NCBI GenBank assembly: GCA_900553125.1
Contig: USCB01000006.1
Location: 517-64,516, forward strand
Direction: 5' to 3'
From: an uncultured Clostridium sp.
GTDB taxonomy: Bacteria > Bacillota > Clostridia > TANB77 > CAG-508
Length of the DNA stretch: 64,000 bases
The notes beneath the pieces were generated by a model that was given only the letters and a program-made list of their open reading frames with translations, was not told the DNA's origin and did not search any database. Made by a program: the position numbers and the translations under genes. Below, piece by piece: positions 51,940 to 62,517 of the stretch (position 1 is its first letter; the number at the start of each line of letters is the position of its first letter).

Positions 51940-54093
51940 TTATCCCTGCCATGCACATCCTGGTGTAGTACAATGTCTTGCAGCACCAGAAGTCATATTA
52001 TGAGGTTTTTTAACACTGTTCATAAATTTTCCGCATGAACAATAATAGCTAATTATATGTCCACCCTCATCTCCTGACGAAACAGTCTGTCTATTATAAT
52101 TATGTTGATGTGTTTGTGTTGTTTGTGTTACCACTTTTGTGCCACATATGCTACATTGTTTATATCCTCCATATTGCGTCCATTGGTGAGGTTGTATAGT
52201 ATAATATGTAGCTGTACAGCTATCACATTTATAAGATGTTTTATGTGAATCACTTGAAAAATTTGACACTCCAATCTTTTGCCAGTTGTGATTATGTCCT
52301 GATGTAGTGTTTCCTTTTGTAACCACTTGTGTTGATGTTGGTGCCTGTGATACTGTTGAGCTATTTCCTGTCGAAGTATAATAGTTATTATTTGCTCCAG
52401 TACTACTTGCAGTTGTTTTTGGAATATTTAATTCTGTACTTTTCAAATTGATTTCTACAACTTTAGTTGCTACTTTTAATGCTGTACTACTTGCATCCTT
52501 CATCTCAAATTTTAATTTATATGTTCCTTTTTTAGATTTGTAGTTTTTTAAATCTGTTTGTAAAAATTCTCTTGTTGACATTAAATCACTCTTTGTAGTT
52601 ACTATCTTGCTACTATTATTTACGTCATATACTTTTAAATATCCTAATCCACTTCCATCTTTCATTTCTAATTGTAATTTTCCATTAAATGTTGTTGAAC
52701 CAATTGTTATTCTTGGTGCTCCATCAATTGCATAATATTCTGCTTTTTTACTATTTGTTGCTTTCTTTACTCTAAAATATTTTGTTGTTGTTCCATATTC
52801 ATTCTTTGCTGTAATATAGAAATAGTGTGTTGTTCCTTTTAGTAACTCTTTATTTGATAATGTATATGTTTTTGTTGTATTTTTATTTGTTTTTGCATTT
52901 AATTTTAATTCTTTCTTGTTTCCACCTTTTGCATCTACTTCATATATTTTTACATCTGTTATTTTTTTACTAGATGTCATATTTAATGTTATATCTGCTA
53001 ATTTAGTTTTATTAGATATCATTTCTATATCTGGTGATGTATTTGCAGTTACATTCGCTAATTTATCTTTACTATTAGCTGAGCATACTGTACATTTATT
53101 ATTACTTATAGTATGTTTTTCTTCTTTCCATTCTTTACCACAAGTTCCACATACTTTTTGATGTGTATCTGCTTTTATTATATATCTAATTTCTTTATGT
53201 TTGCATTCATAACCACATACTCTACATTTTCCTGTTGATGGATCAAATACATGATTTCCTTTATTTACAGTAGCTTTACAAGATTTACATGTTCCTGTAT
53301 GAGTTGTTTGTGTTGTTTTGTATTTTATATTTTTATGTTCGCACATTTTTGCTACATTTGTATTTGAGTCATTAACGGTTAATTGTGCTGTTTCTAATTT
53401 AAATGCTACTTCTTTTACTGTATATGCTCCACTTTTATCTGCTGCACTTATTTTTATTCTGTAATATTCGTCATTTTTTATTTGAATATCATTTCTGTTT
53501 ATTTTTATTGTTGCTGTTTTACTGCCTACTTTTTTATTATTATAAACTGTTTTATTTGTGTTTACATCTTTTACTTCTATAGCTTTTATTTCTTTACCTT
53601 TTGATTCTAATGTAACTGCTATTTTACCACTTGTGTAGTTTAATGATGAAATATTTGGCGCATTATCTAATTTATAATATGCTTTCTTTTTATTGTTTAC
53701 TTTTTGTGTTACATTTACTACCTTGTATACTGTTTCTGCATTACTTGCCTTTGCTAGTACTTTTATTGTACTTGTCTTATTCTTTTTTGGTAATGCACTT
53801 TGTGGTATTTCATATACCATTGTATTGTTTTTATTACTTGATAATTTTGCTGTAATTTCTTTGTTATTACTATAAAATTTGCTTTCTTTTATTGTTGCTG
53901 ATGCTGGTGCTTTAATTGTTACTTTGATATTTTCTAGCTTTGCTGTTGATGGTTTTGCTATTGTTATTGATGGCGAACTTACTAATTGTTCGAACCCATT
54001 CGTTGCTGCATTACTTGCAGTTGTTAAGCTAAATGTTATAAACATTACACATACTAAGATTTTTGATATAGAAAAAATTATTTTTTTATTCAT
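51940..54093 (-). CDS. secreted or cell-surface repeat protein: signal peptide, then 2 x (~210-aa beta-rich module plus Cys/His-rich module)
   Basis: N-terminal signal peptide ...TASNA. Internal duplication. Four CxxC...H...CxxC-type units (residues ~250-340 and ~600-717). Confidence 0.6.
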   Translation of the reverse strand: MNKKIIFSISKILVCVMFITFSLTTASNAATNGFEQLVSSPSITIAKPSTAKLENIKVTIKAPASATIKESKFYSNNKEITAKLSSNKNNTMVYEIPQSALPKKNKTSTIKVLAKASNAETVYKVVNVTQKVNNKKKAYYKLDNAPNISSLNYTSGKIAVTLESKGKEIKAIEVKDVNTNKTVYNNKKVGSKTATIKINRNDIQIKNDEYYRIKISAADKSGAYTVKEVAFKLETAQLTVNDSNTNVAKMCEHKNIKYKTTQTTHTGTCKSCKATVNKGNHVFDPSTGKCRVCGYECKHKEIRYIIKADTHQKVCGTCGKEWKEEKHTISNNKCTVCSANSKDKLANVTANTSPDIEMISNKTKLADITLNMTSSKKITDVKIYEVDAKGGNKKELKLNAKTNKNTTKTYTLSNKELLKGTTHYFYITAKNEYGTTTKYFRVKKATNSKKAEYYAIDGAPRITIGSTTFNGKLQLEMKDGSGLGYLKVYDVNNSSKIVTTKSDLMSTREFLQTDLKNYKSKKGTYKLKFEMKDASSTALKVATKVVEINLKSTELNIPKTTASSTGANNNYYTSTGNSSTVSQAPTSTQVVTKGNTTSGHNHNWQKIGVSNFSSDSHKTSYKCDSCTATYYTIQPHQWTQYGGYKQCSICGTKVVTQTTQTHQHNYNRQTVSSGDEGGHIISYYCSCGKFMNSVKKPHNMTSGAARHCTTPGCAWQG

Positions 54094-54294
54094 ATAAACC
54101 CCTCCTTTTTCTTACGTAAAAATTAATATTAGTAATAAAATTTTTTCTCTTACATTTTTTATTATACCACATCTTTCCATAAAATGCAAGTTTATGTGGA
54201 TTTTTTATGTAAAAGGTATTGCTTATCCTTTGTTTTTGTAAGCGTTCAGACAATAAGTATCATTTTATCTTATGCCTTTTTTATGTTATTTTGC

Positions 54295-54322
54295 CACAAA
54301 AAAACTGCTATAAAAGCAGTTT
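54295..54322 (-). terminator. rho-independent terminator directly after hrcA
   Basis: AAAACTGCT-ATAAA-AGCAGTTTT hairpin with a T-run on the minus strand. Confidence 0.7.
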
Positions 54323-55336
54323 TTATTCCTTGTTTTCTTCATTTAATTTTTTACTAATATATTTCATAACAGAAATAACCTTAGAATAATCCATTCTCTT
54401 TGGACCTATAATTCCAATTGTTCCCATATCTTTATTTCCTATTTTATGTTTAAAAGTCACTACACTAAAATCTTTAAGTTGCTCTTTTTCATCCTCTCCA
54501 CCAATATAAACATTTATATCTTCTGCAAAACCAGAATTAAGCATATCAGCAATCAATTCTTTTTCATCTAAAATATTCATAAAATTTTTAGCAACCTGTA
54601 GAGAATTAAATTCTGGTAAATCTAACTCTCTTCTTGCACCTTGTAAATGAATTTCATTTTCTTCAAATAATACTTTTTTTATTTGAGTTATAATAGGCTT
54701 TATTACTCCTACCATTTCTTTCATTTCTTTATATAAATAATCTTCTAGTGGTTGGTTTATTTTTTCTATCGGCTGGTCTTTTAGTTTATTATTGAACATA
54801 TAATTTATTGTTTCTACTTGTTTTTCTGTTATATCTTCATCAAATTTTATAATTGTTTCTTTTACCATCCCTGCATCTGTCATAATAACTGCAAGTATCA
54901 TTCTGGCACCTAATAAAACAAATTTTATTTCTTTTATTATTTGTTCATCTGCTTTAGGTCCTATTGTTACTGTTGTATAATGTGTTATTTCTGAAATAGT
55001 ATTTGCTGTTATTTTTGTTAAGTCTTCAATTTCATTTACTTTTGTTTCAAGCTTATCACTTATATATTTAACTTCTTCTAAACTAATGTTGTCATCTTTT
55101 AATAATTCATCCACATAGTACCTGTACCCTTTAGCAGAAGGTACTCTTCCACTAGATGTATGCATTTTGTCAAGTAGTCCTTTTTTTTCTAAATCTGCCA
55201 TTTCATTTCTTATTGTTGCACTACTACATTGTAATCCGTATTTACTTATTAATGCATTCGAACTTACAGGTTCTGCTGTGTTTATATATTCTTCAACTAT
55301 AGCCTGCAAAACTTTTTTCTTTCTGTCATCTAGCAT
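54323..55336 (-). CDS. hrcA: heat-inducible transcription repressor HrcA
   Basis: MLDDRKKKVLQAIVEEYINTAEPVSSNAL wHTH N-terminus. 337 aa. Confidence 0.9.
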   Translation of the reverse strand: MLDDRKKKVLQAIVEEYINTAEPVSSNALISKYGLQCSSATIRNEMADLEKKGLLDKMHTSSGRVPSAKGYRYYVDELLKDDNISLEEVKYISDKLETKVNEIEDLTKITANTISEITHYTTVTIGPKADEQIIKEIKFVLLGARMILAVIMTDAGMVKETIIKFDEDITEKQVETINYMFNNKLKDQPIEKINQPLEDYLYKEMKEMVGVIKPIITQIKKVLFEENEIHLQGARRELDLPEFNSLQVAKNFMNILDEKELIADMLNSGFAEDINVYIGGEDEKEQLKDFSVVTFKHKIGNKDMGTIGIIGPKRMDYSKVISVMKYISKKLNEENKE

Positions 55337-55350
55337 TTTTTGCCTCTTTT

Positions 55351-57645
55351 CTACTTTATTTCATTTAAGTTTATATTTTTAATTATGATTTTTGAAAAAT
55401 CATCTTCGTCATCTTCAAATTGTAATTTGTTTAATTCTCTCGATTTTTTTTCTTCTATATCTAATTTTGATAAATCTATCAAAATATTTGTTGATAAATT
55501 CATTCCTAATGGTAATGTCATATTTTTATTATCATAATATATTATATTTGTAAGTGCTATATAATTAGTGCCTTTAGGTAATCTTATTTTATACAAATAT
55601 ACTTTATCACTTTTTTTATTTTTCTTTAGAAACTGATTTAATTCTTCTTCTGCATTTAAAGAAACACTTTCTATTGTATTAAATTCTAGTTTTTCTGGCG
55701 ATGATTTATATACATACATATCTTCTTTTAATTCATTTTTTTCTAATGCCTTTTTTACATCTTTTAAAATATTTTCTAAGTGCCTTTTTAATTCAATTCC
55801 TCTGGTTCCTTTTTGGATTTCAAGTATTTCTATTCTATCTCTTGGTTGTTCTCTGTGTGTTCGGCTTCCTATTGTTCTTTCCTTATTATTTGTTTGTTTT
55901 ATTCTACCAAAAATATTAAAATCTTCTTCTTCATCTTCTTCAAAATCTTCTTTTTCTCTTAGTAATTTCATTTTTTTCAATTTTTCTGAAATTTCTTTAT
56001 TTTCGGCTGTTTTTAAATTCATTCTGTTTAAAAGTGGTAATATATCTGTACTTGCAACAAATATGCTGTCTAATTCAGAGTCTGTAAATTTATTCCTTTG
56101 GAATTTATCTGCCTCCATTCCAAACCCTTCAAAGTCATCTTCATAATCAAATACTTTTTCTAATTTTTTTACATTAAATTCTTCCTCTTCGCCTTCTTCT
56201 AATGTTGCTACAGCATCTTTATTAGAGTATTTCCAGAACTCAAAGATACTTTTTTTGTGTTTATTTATTTCTTCTATATAATTACTTGCATTTTCTATTT
56301 TCTTTTTTAAGTTTTTGTTTTTTAGTTTCAATGCATTTATATCCATTACTATGTTATTTACTATTTCTTCTTTTTCTTCAAGCTCTTTGAAACTTTGCTC
56401 TAATTCATATAATGTATAATTTCTTTTCTCTATTTTAAATTTTTCAAAAGTATGATGTTTTACATTTTTAGTTTCAATTTCTTTTGTTTTTTTAGCTTTT
56501 TCATCTTTTCCTTTTGTTACTTTTTTGCTAAATTTAAAAAAGTATTTTACCTTTCCAAAGAATGTTTTTTTGCATTCTAAGAATGTTGTTATTTGTTTTT
56601 CTTTTGACATGTATTCTTCTTCTAATGCTTTTGATTCATTTTGTAAGTTTTTCAATTTTATTTTAAAATCTTCTAAATCTTCGCTTGTCTTATTTTTTAG
56701 ACTAACAGATTTAAAATATTGTTGCATAATAAATTCTGGCAATGTATTATATTCTATATTAGAATTTTCTAAATAAAATCTTAACTTTCCATTTTCATCA
56801 ATATTTTTTTCGAACTTATAATAATGAGGAAGTTCTGTTTGTAAAATAAATAGAGCTTTTACTAATTTATAAAACTTTGATGCATCTCTTATGCTCTCTA
56901 ATTTTACTCTATATAACGTTTTTATTTTATCAAATAATTCTGTTTCTCCTATGATATTAAGACTTACTTCACCTTTTTTGTTCCATACCTCATATATTGT
57001 TGGATAGTCTTTTGTAAAAAGCCATAAATAGTTTTCTAAATCTTTTATTTCGTCTTTTTTTAGTATTTCACCCTCATAATCCACTAAACTTATTGGTACA
57101 AATATTTTATCATTTTTCTTATTTTCTATTTTCTTTTTTAATATATAGAAAAATGTTGAGTAATCTGTATCTGCAATTGGCACAATCATAAAATATTTGT
57201 CTGATATTTCTGAATAATATATTTGCCATAAATAGTTTCCTGAAAATTTAACTTTGAAAGGTATTTCTTTTGCTAACATTTTTTGTTCACTTTCTACTTT
57301 CTCAATTTGCGGAATACTTACTTTATTCAACATATTTAGAAATTCTGTAAAGTTTAAAATGTTATCTTCATTTTGTGAGTCTAGATAATAACACAAAGGC
57401 ATTGCTTTTTCGTATTTTTCTTTTATTGTATCAACCCTATTTGTTGGCGAAAGTAAAATTTCTATATCTTTTATATTTACAAATCTATATTGCTTATATT
57501 TTTTTTCATCATATCCTTTTAAGGTTCTAAAATTTATGTCTGAATATTCCTTTAAAGATTTTGGTATTTTTTCTAAATCTAATCCTATATACTCTAATTT
57601 TTCTTGTATTTTAGAATCTACTTCTACTTTCTTTTTTCTAGGCAA
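55351..57645 (-). CDS. 764-aa hypothetical protein (K/E-rich, long coiled-coil centre)
   Basis: Long ORF with a 27-nt gap after metG and a 14-nt gap before hrcA. No domain recognised. Confidence 0.5.
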   Translation of the reverse strand: MPRKKKVEVDSKIQEKLEYIGLDLEKIPKSLKEYSDINFRTLKGYDEKKYKQYRFVNIKDIEILLSPTNRVDTIKEKYEKAMPLCYYLDSQNEDNILNFTEFLNMLNKVSIPQIEKVESEQKMLAKEIPFKVKFSGNYLWQIYYSEISDKYFMIVPIADTDYSTFFYILKKKIENKKNDKIFVPISLVDYEGEILKKDEIKDLENYLWLFTKDYPTIYEVWNKKGEVSLNIIGETELFDKIKTLYRVKLESIRDASKFYKLVKALFILQTELPHYYKFEKNIDENGKLRFYLENSNIEYNTLPEFIMQQYFKSVSLKNKTSEDLEDFKIKLKNLQNESKALEEEYMSKEKQITTFLECKKTFFGKVKYFFKFSKKVTKGKDEKAKKTKEIETKNVKHHTFEKFKIEKRNYTLYELEQSFKELEEKEEIVNNIVMDINALKLKNKNLKKKIENASNYIEEINKHKKSIFEFWKYSNKDAVATLEEGEEEEFNVKKLEKVFDYEDDFEGFGMEADKFQRNKFTDSELDSIFVASTDILPLLNRMNLKTAENKEISEKLKKMKLLREKEDFEEDEEEDFNIFGRIKQTNNKERTIGSRTHREQPRDRIEILEIQKGTRGIELKRHLENILKDVKKALEKNELKEDMYVYKSSPEKLEFNTIESVSLNAEEELNQFLKKNKKSDKVYLYKIRLPKGTNYIALTNIIYYDNKNMTLPLGMNLSTNILIDLSKLDIEEKKSRELNKLQFEDDEDDFSKIIIKNINLNEIK

Positions 57646-57672
57646 TTTACATACTTCCTCTCTTTATGTCTT

Positions 57673-59247
57673 TTATTTTTTCATCTTATTTTTTATATAT
57701 TCAATTTCTTCTTCTGCATTTAATCTCATAAATAAAGGCTCACCTTTTTCAATTACTTTTGTATTTTCTATTTTATCATATTCTTCAAGACTTTCCCATG
57801 TTTTTAATTCAGGGACTGCTATTCCTAATTGATTAAACATTTTTTCTGATGTAGATTCCATAAATGGTTTTATTAGTATTGCTATTCTTCTTAAATTTTC
57901 TATTAAATGATATATAACACTTTCAAGCTTTTCTTTGTTTTCTTCTTTTGCCAATACCCAAGGTGATGTTTCATCTATATATTTATTAGTTCTTGAAACT
58001 AAACTCCATATTTCTTGAATTGAATTAGCAATTTCGAAGTCTTCAAATATTTTTTCAAATTTTTGTGTGACATTTTTTGTAAATTCTTCTAATTCTTCAT
58101 CTACCTCGTTTTTGTATCCATTGTATTTTGGAACTTGTCCTCCAAAATATTTATTACACATTGCTACTGTTCTATTCAATAAATTTCCTAAGTCATTACA
58201 TAAATCAAAGTTATATCTTTCTACAAATTCCTCTGGTGAAAATACTCCATCTGTAGATATTGGTACTTCCCTTAGTAAGAAATAACGTGTTGCGTCTAAT
58301 CCATACTTTTCTATTAATAACTCTGGATATATTACATTTCCTTTTGATTTTGACATTTTTCCATCTTTCATCATTATCCAATTGTGTACGAATATTTGCT
58401 TTGGTAGTGGTAAGTCTAATGCCATTAAAAATATTGGCCAATATATTAAATGAAATCTTGCTATGTCTTTTCCAACTATATGCAAATTAGCTGGCCAGAA
58501 TTTTTTGAATAATTCGTCATTTTCTGATTCATATCCAAGTGCTGTTAAGTAATTTGTTAGGGCATCTAGCCATACATATATTACATGTTTTGGGTCTTTT
58601 AGTACTTTTATTCCCCAATCAAATGTTGTACGAGTTACACATAAATCTTCTAATCCTGGTTTTATGAAGTTGTTTATCATTTCTGTTTTTCTGTAATCTG
58701 GTTTTATGAAATCTGGATGTTCTTCATAATATTTCAATAGTCTTGGTGCGTATTTTTTCATGTTGAAAAAGTAACATTCTTCTTTCATTAATTTTACTTC
58801 TCTTCCACAATCTGGACATTTTCCATCTACTAGTTGAGTTTTTGTGAAATAACTTTCACATGGTACACAATACCATCCTTCGTATTCTCCTTTGTATATA
58901 TCTCCTTGTTCCATTAATCTATCAAAGATTTTTTGTACTATTTTTTCATGTCTTACTTCAGTTGTTCTTATAAAATCATCATATTCTATATCCATTAATT
59001 TCCATAACTCTTGTGCATTTCTTGCAGCTTCATCGACATATTCTTGTGGTTTCATATTTTGTTTTCTTGCTACTTCTTCTATCTTTTGACCGTGTTCGTC
59101 TGTTCCTGTTAATAGGTATGTTTCATAGCCTCTTAAAGTTTTGTATCTCTTTACTGTGTCTGCCAATACTGTTGTATATGCTGTTCCTATATGAAATTTT
59201 CCGCTTGGATAATATATAGGTGTTGTTAAGTAATATGTTTTGCTCAT
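57673..59247 (-). CDS. metG: methionine--tRNA ligase (short form)
   Basis: YYPSGKFHIGTAYT (HIGH) and KMSKSKGN (KMSKS). CxxC...CxxC knuckle. Start at Met 59247 after an AAAGGCAGG RBS. Confidence 0.95.
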   Translation of the reverse strand: MSKTYYLTTPIYYPSGKFHIGTAYTTVLADTVKRYKTLRGYETYLLTGTDEHGQKIEEVARKQNMKPQEYVDEAARNAQELWKLMDIEYDDFIRTTEVRHEKIVQKIFDRLMEQGDIYKGEYEGWYCVPCESYFTKTQLVDGKCPDCGREVKLMKEECYFFNMKKYAPRLLKYYEEHPDFIKPDYRKTEMINNFIKPGLEDLCVTRTTFDWGIKVLKDPKHVIYVWLDALTNYLTALGYESENDELFKKFWPANLHIVGKDIARFHLIYWPIFLMALDLPLPKQIFVHNWIMMKDGKMSKSKGNVIYPELLIEKYGLDATRYFLLREVPISTDGVFSPEEFVERYNFDLCNDLGNLLNRTVAMCNKYFGGQVPKYNGYKNEVDEELEEFTKNVTQKFEKIFEDFEIANSIQEIWSLVSRTNKYIDETSPWVLAKEENKEKLESVIYHLIENLRRIAILIKPFMESTSEKMFNQLGIAVPELKTWESLEEYDKIENTKVIEKGEPLFMRLNAEEEIEYIKNKMKK

Positions 59248-59333
59248 AATTGTACCTGCCTTTCTCTTCAAATATTTTACATTATAATATAAAGTTGGTA
59301 ATTTTTCAAGATATTTTCATGAATATTATAAAT

Positions 59334-59402
59334 GTTCCATTAGGACCGGGTCTTTTTGGTACATTTATAAAATGCACCAAAAAGACCCGGTCCTAACAGA
59401 AC
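59334..59402. repeat. inverted pair of the GGACCGGGTCTTTTTGGTACA repeat forming a ~30-bp hairpin
   Basis: GTTCCATTAGGACCGGGTCTTTTTGGTACA (59334-59363) pairs with TGCACCAAAAAGACCCGGTCCTAACAGAAC (59373-59402). It lies between the spoIIE stop and the metG promoter. Confidence 0.85.
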
Positions 59403-59407
59403 AATAA

Positions 59408-61871
59408 TTACATTTTCTTTATAAATTTACAAACCACAACGCTCATATCGTCTTTAATTTTCCCAAAATTATTATCAACTGATTCATTTAAAATAATATC
59501 AGCAATCTTTTGTGGATTAGTAACTTCCATATCTTCTAAAAGATATTTAACCCATAATTCTTTATTTTTATACTCTATATTAGAATCTAAAATTCCATCA
59601 CTACACATAACTATTATATCATTATTTTCAATGTCTTTATCAAATACGTCTGTACTTGCTGTTTTTATTATTCCTGTTGGTAATGTTAATGATTTTATTA
59701 TTTGAATTTTTTTGTTATTTTTTATATATGTAGGACATGCACCATTTTTTATAAATTCCATATTTCCTTTATATAAATCTACTATAGCTATATCTAGGGT
59801 TGCAAATACATCTTCTGCAACATTTAATAAATTCGAATTTATTAAATCAACTGATGTGTTTCTTTCAAATCCTGAGTTCAGTAGCCTTTTTAACATATTT
59901 GTTACTATTTGACTACTTTTTCTAGCCTCTGGTCCTGAACCCATTCCATCACTTATTGCAATTAGATATTTTCCATCTTTTAATTTTACTTGTAATATAC
60001 TATCTCCAGATACTGACATGTTGTCTTTTATTGCTATACTATGACCAATATCTAATATGTATTTATCATCTGATATTATTTCATATTGTACAACATTTTC
60101 TTTTTTTATTTCCTTTTGATTTTGTATTATTACTTTTTCTCCTAATATTTTTGTTAGTATGTTTATAATGCTATTGTTAATATCTTCTTTTTCATTTTTT
60201 TCAATATATAGTGTTATTCTATATCTGTCTTTTTCTTTTTTATTTATTGTTATTTCTTGTACTAGTATTTCCTTTTGCTTTAATAATAATGTTATTTGTT
60301 CTTTTATTTCACTGTTTGAATCATCACTTTCTAGGTCTTTTTCCATTCCTTCTGCTATTTCTGATATTGCTTTTGAAACTCCGGTTTAGCTGTGTTTCAA
60401 AATTTTTCTTTTCTTCATCTAGTCTTATTGACCAAATAAAGTTCATTTTGCTGATTCTAAATGCTGAATTTATTGTTTCTGTCATCTTTTCAACATCTCT
60501 TGTTATTTTTTCGTCATTTGCTCCGAACCCTACAACATAGTTATTATTTCTTGCTAGTATTCTTAGTAAATCTTTTTCTTTTATAAATTGCTTGTCCATT
60601 AGTTCTGTAAAGATATCATCTATGATTTTGCTTTCTACATTTTCTATTGTTTCATATAATATATTTTCTGTCATGTATTCTATATTATTTAATAATTCTG
60701 ATATGAATTTTTGCTTATTTTTCTCTCTTATATCTTCTTCTGTAACTACTGTTGTTGCAACATTTTTATATGTATTTGCCATTTCTTTTACAACTTTGGA
60801 TACATCATTTAATTTATTTACGGTTTCTTTACTTTTATTTAGACCTCTATTTGTTGCAACTGGTAGAAATTTTTCGGTTCCTATTATATTTTCTATATTT
60901 AAGTTTATATTTTTTGGAACTGCTAAAAGTGCTATCCCTGCTATTAATATTTCTTTAAATAGTATTACATTTTGCATCATTCCGTTTGCTACATATGAAA
61001 GTATTACATTTCCTAATACAAAACCTGCAACTACACCTATTTTACCTAATTTGTTTAATATCCCAGCTATCATACCTGATAATGCATATGCTCCTACTAC
61101 TATTGGTTCATTGCCTGCAATAATTCCAAGTGTAACACCTATTGTGGCTCCAGCTGTTGTTCCTATCAATATTCCATTTTTCCATCCTAATACTAATACT
61201 ATAAATATTGATAGTACATTTCTTATTGAGAAACCAAATATACTTAAATCGCCTAAACTACATAGTGCAATTGATAGAAGTAGACTTGTTCCTAAAACTT
61301 CTTCTATTGAAAATGCCATTTTTTCATTATAGTTTGTTATTATCGATAATGAATTTGCAAATATTTTGTAAAATATAACTATTACAATCGACATCGATAT
61401 TGCAATTAATACATCATATATTAAAAATTGCTTTATAAATATTTTTGCTATGCTTACTATTATACTTGAGAAAAATATTCTTTTTGATAGTTTTACTTTT
61501 TCGTTTCTACTTGTGTCATTGTATTTTGGCTCTTTTATAAATATGCTTGCAAAAAATATTAATAATGTGATTATAAAACTTATTGTTCCATTTAATCCAC
61601 ATGAAATTGTGTTTCCTATTAATGCAAATAATATTACTGCAATTATTGGAATCTCATTTGCAATACTTGCTACTATTATTGATAAACTAAATGGGGATAC
61701 ATCATATCCCATATTTACCATTGATATCATTAATGTTACTATATATAATATTATATATTTTTTCGATATTACATTGGCTAATATATTTTTTTGGCCTATC
61801 TCTTCTTTTGTTTTTTCTGTTTCATTTATGTTTTGAAACACTTTTACCACCTCTTCTTTTTTTAATAACAT
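59408..61871 (-). pseudogene. spoIIE: stage II sporulation protein E (PP2C phosphatase). As written it is split by a +1 frameshift at CGG 60383-60381.
   Basis: About 10 TM segments at the N-terminus (ORF 60324-61871) and a PP2C domain at the C-terminus (ORF 59408-60346; ISDGMGSG, MCSDGI). Skipping C60383 gives ETQLNGVSKAISEIAEGMEKDLESD. Confidence 0.8.
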
Positions 61872-62045
61872 TTTACTACTTGTCTTTTGGTTTTTTTGTC
61901 TTTTTTAGTATGCTAGTTAAAAAAAGTTTTCTACATATATTGCCTTTTTTATACTACCTTCCCTTTCTTCTTTTGTTTTGCTTTGTTTATTTTATTATAG
62001 TTTGTCGAAAATTACAATATTTTTTCTAAAAAAATATAACTATAT

Positions 62046-62474
62046 CTACTCAAAATCCTCCAACAACTGATTCATCTTCTCAATTCCTACAACCTCAATT
62101 CCCTTTTTCAATTCAGCTCTATCTTCATCACTTAAATATTTAATACTAATATCTGTAACCTTATACAAAATCTCTTCATCATCTTCATTCAAATAGTAAA
62201 TATTTACAACTTCATTTTCTGCTCTTAAAATATAATGCCTATTTTCATCATTTAAAACACTACTTGTTTCCTTAATTTCTTCTTCAACAGTCTTGCTATA
62301 ATCTTCCCATTCGTTTACACAATCATCATTTACAAATTCACTACTTAATATATTAACCTCATTTTTCACTATATTGTTATCTTCTGATTCCTTTTTTTGT
62401 GACAAATTAAAAATCTCTATTCCAACTATCAAAATAATTATTATTCCTATTGAAAGAAACACCTTTTTCCACAT
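62046..62474 (-). CDS. membrane-anchored hypothetical protein
   Basis: Start at MWKKVFLSIG after an AAGAGGTG RBS. Single TM segment. Acidic extracytoplasmic domain. Confidence 0.45.
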   Translation of the reverse strand: MWKKVFLSIGIIIILIVGIEIFNLSQKKESEDNNIVKNEVNILSSEFVNDDCVNEWEDYSKTVEEEIKETSSVLNDENRHYILRAENEVVNIYYLNEDDEEILYKVTDISIKYLSDEDRAELKKGIEVVGIEKMNQLLEDFE

Positions 62475-62517
62475 AATAAATACACCTCTTAACATATTTT
62501 GGCATATTATTATGTTT

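Noticed and set aside
59272-59333. Possible T-box leader upstream of metG.
   Set aside because: The leader is far too short, at roughly 60-130 nt including a repeat element. No specifier loop or T-box sequence was seen. A plain TTGAAA/TATAAT-type promoter fits.
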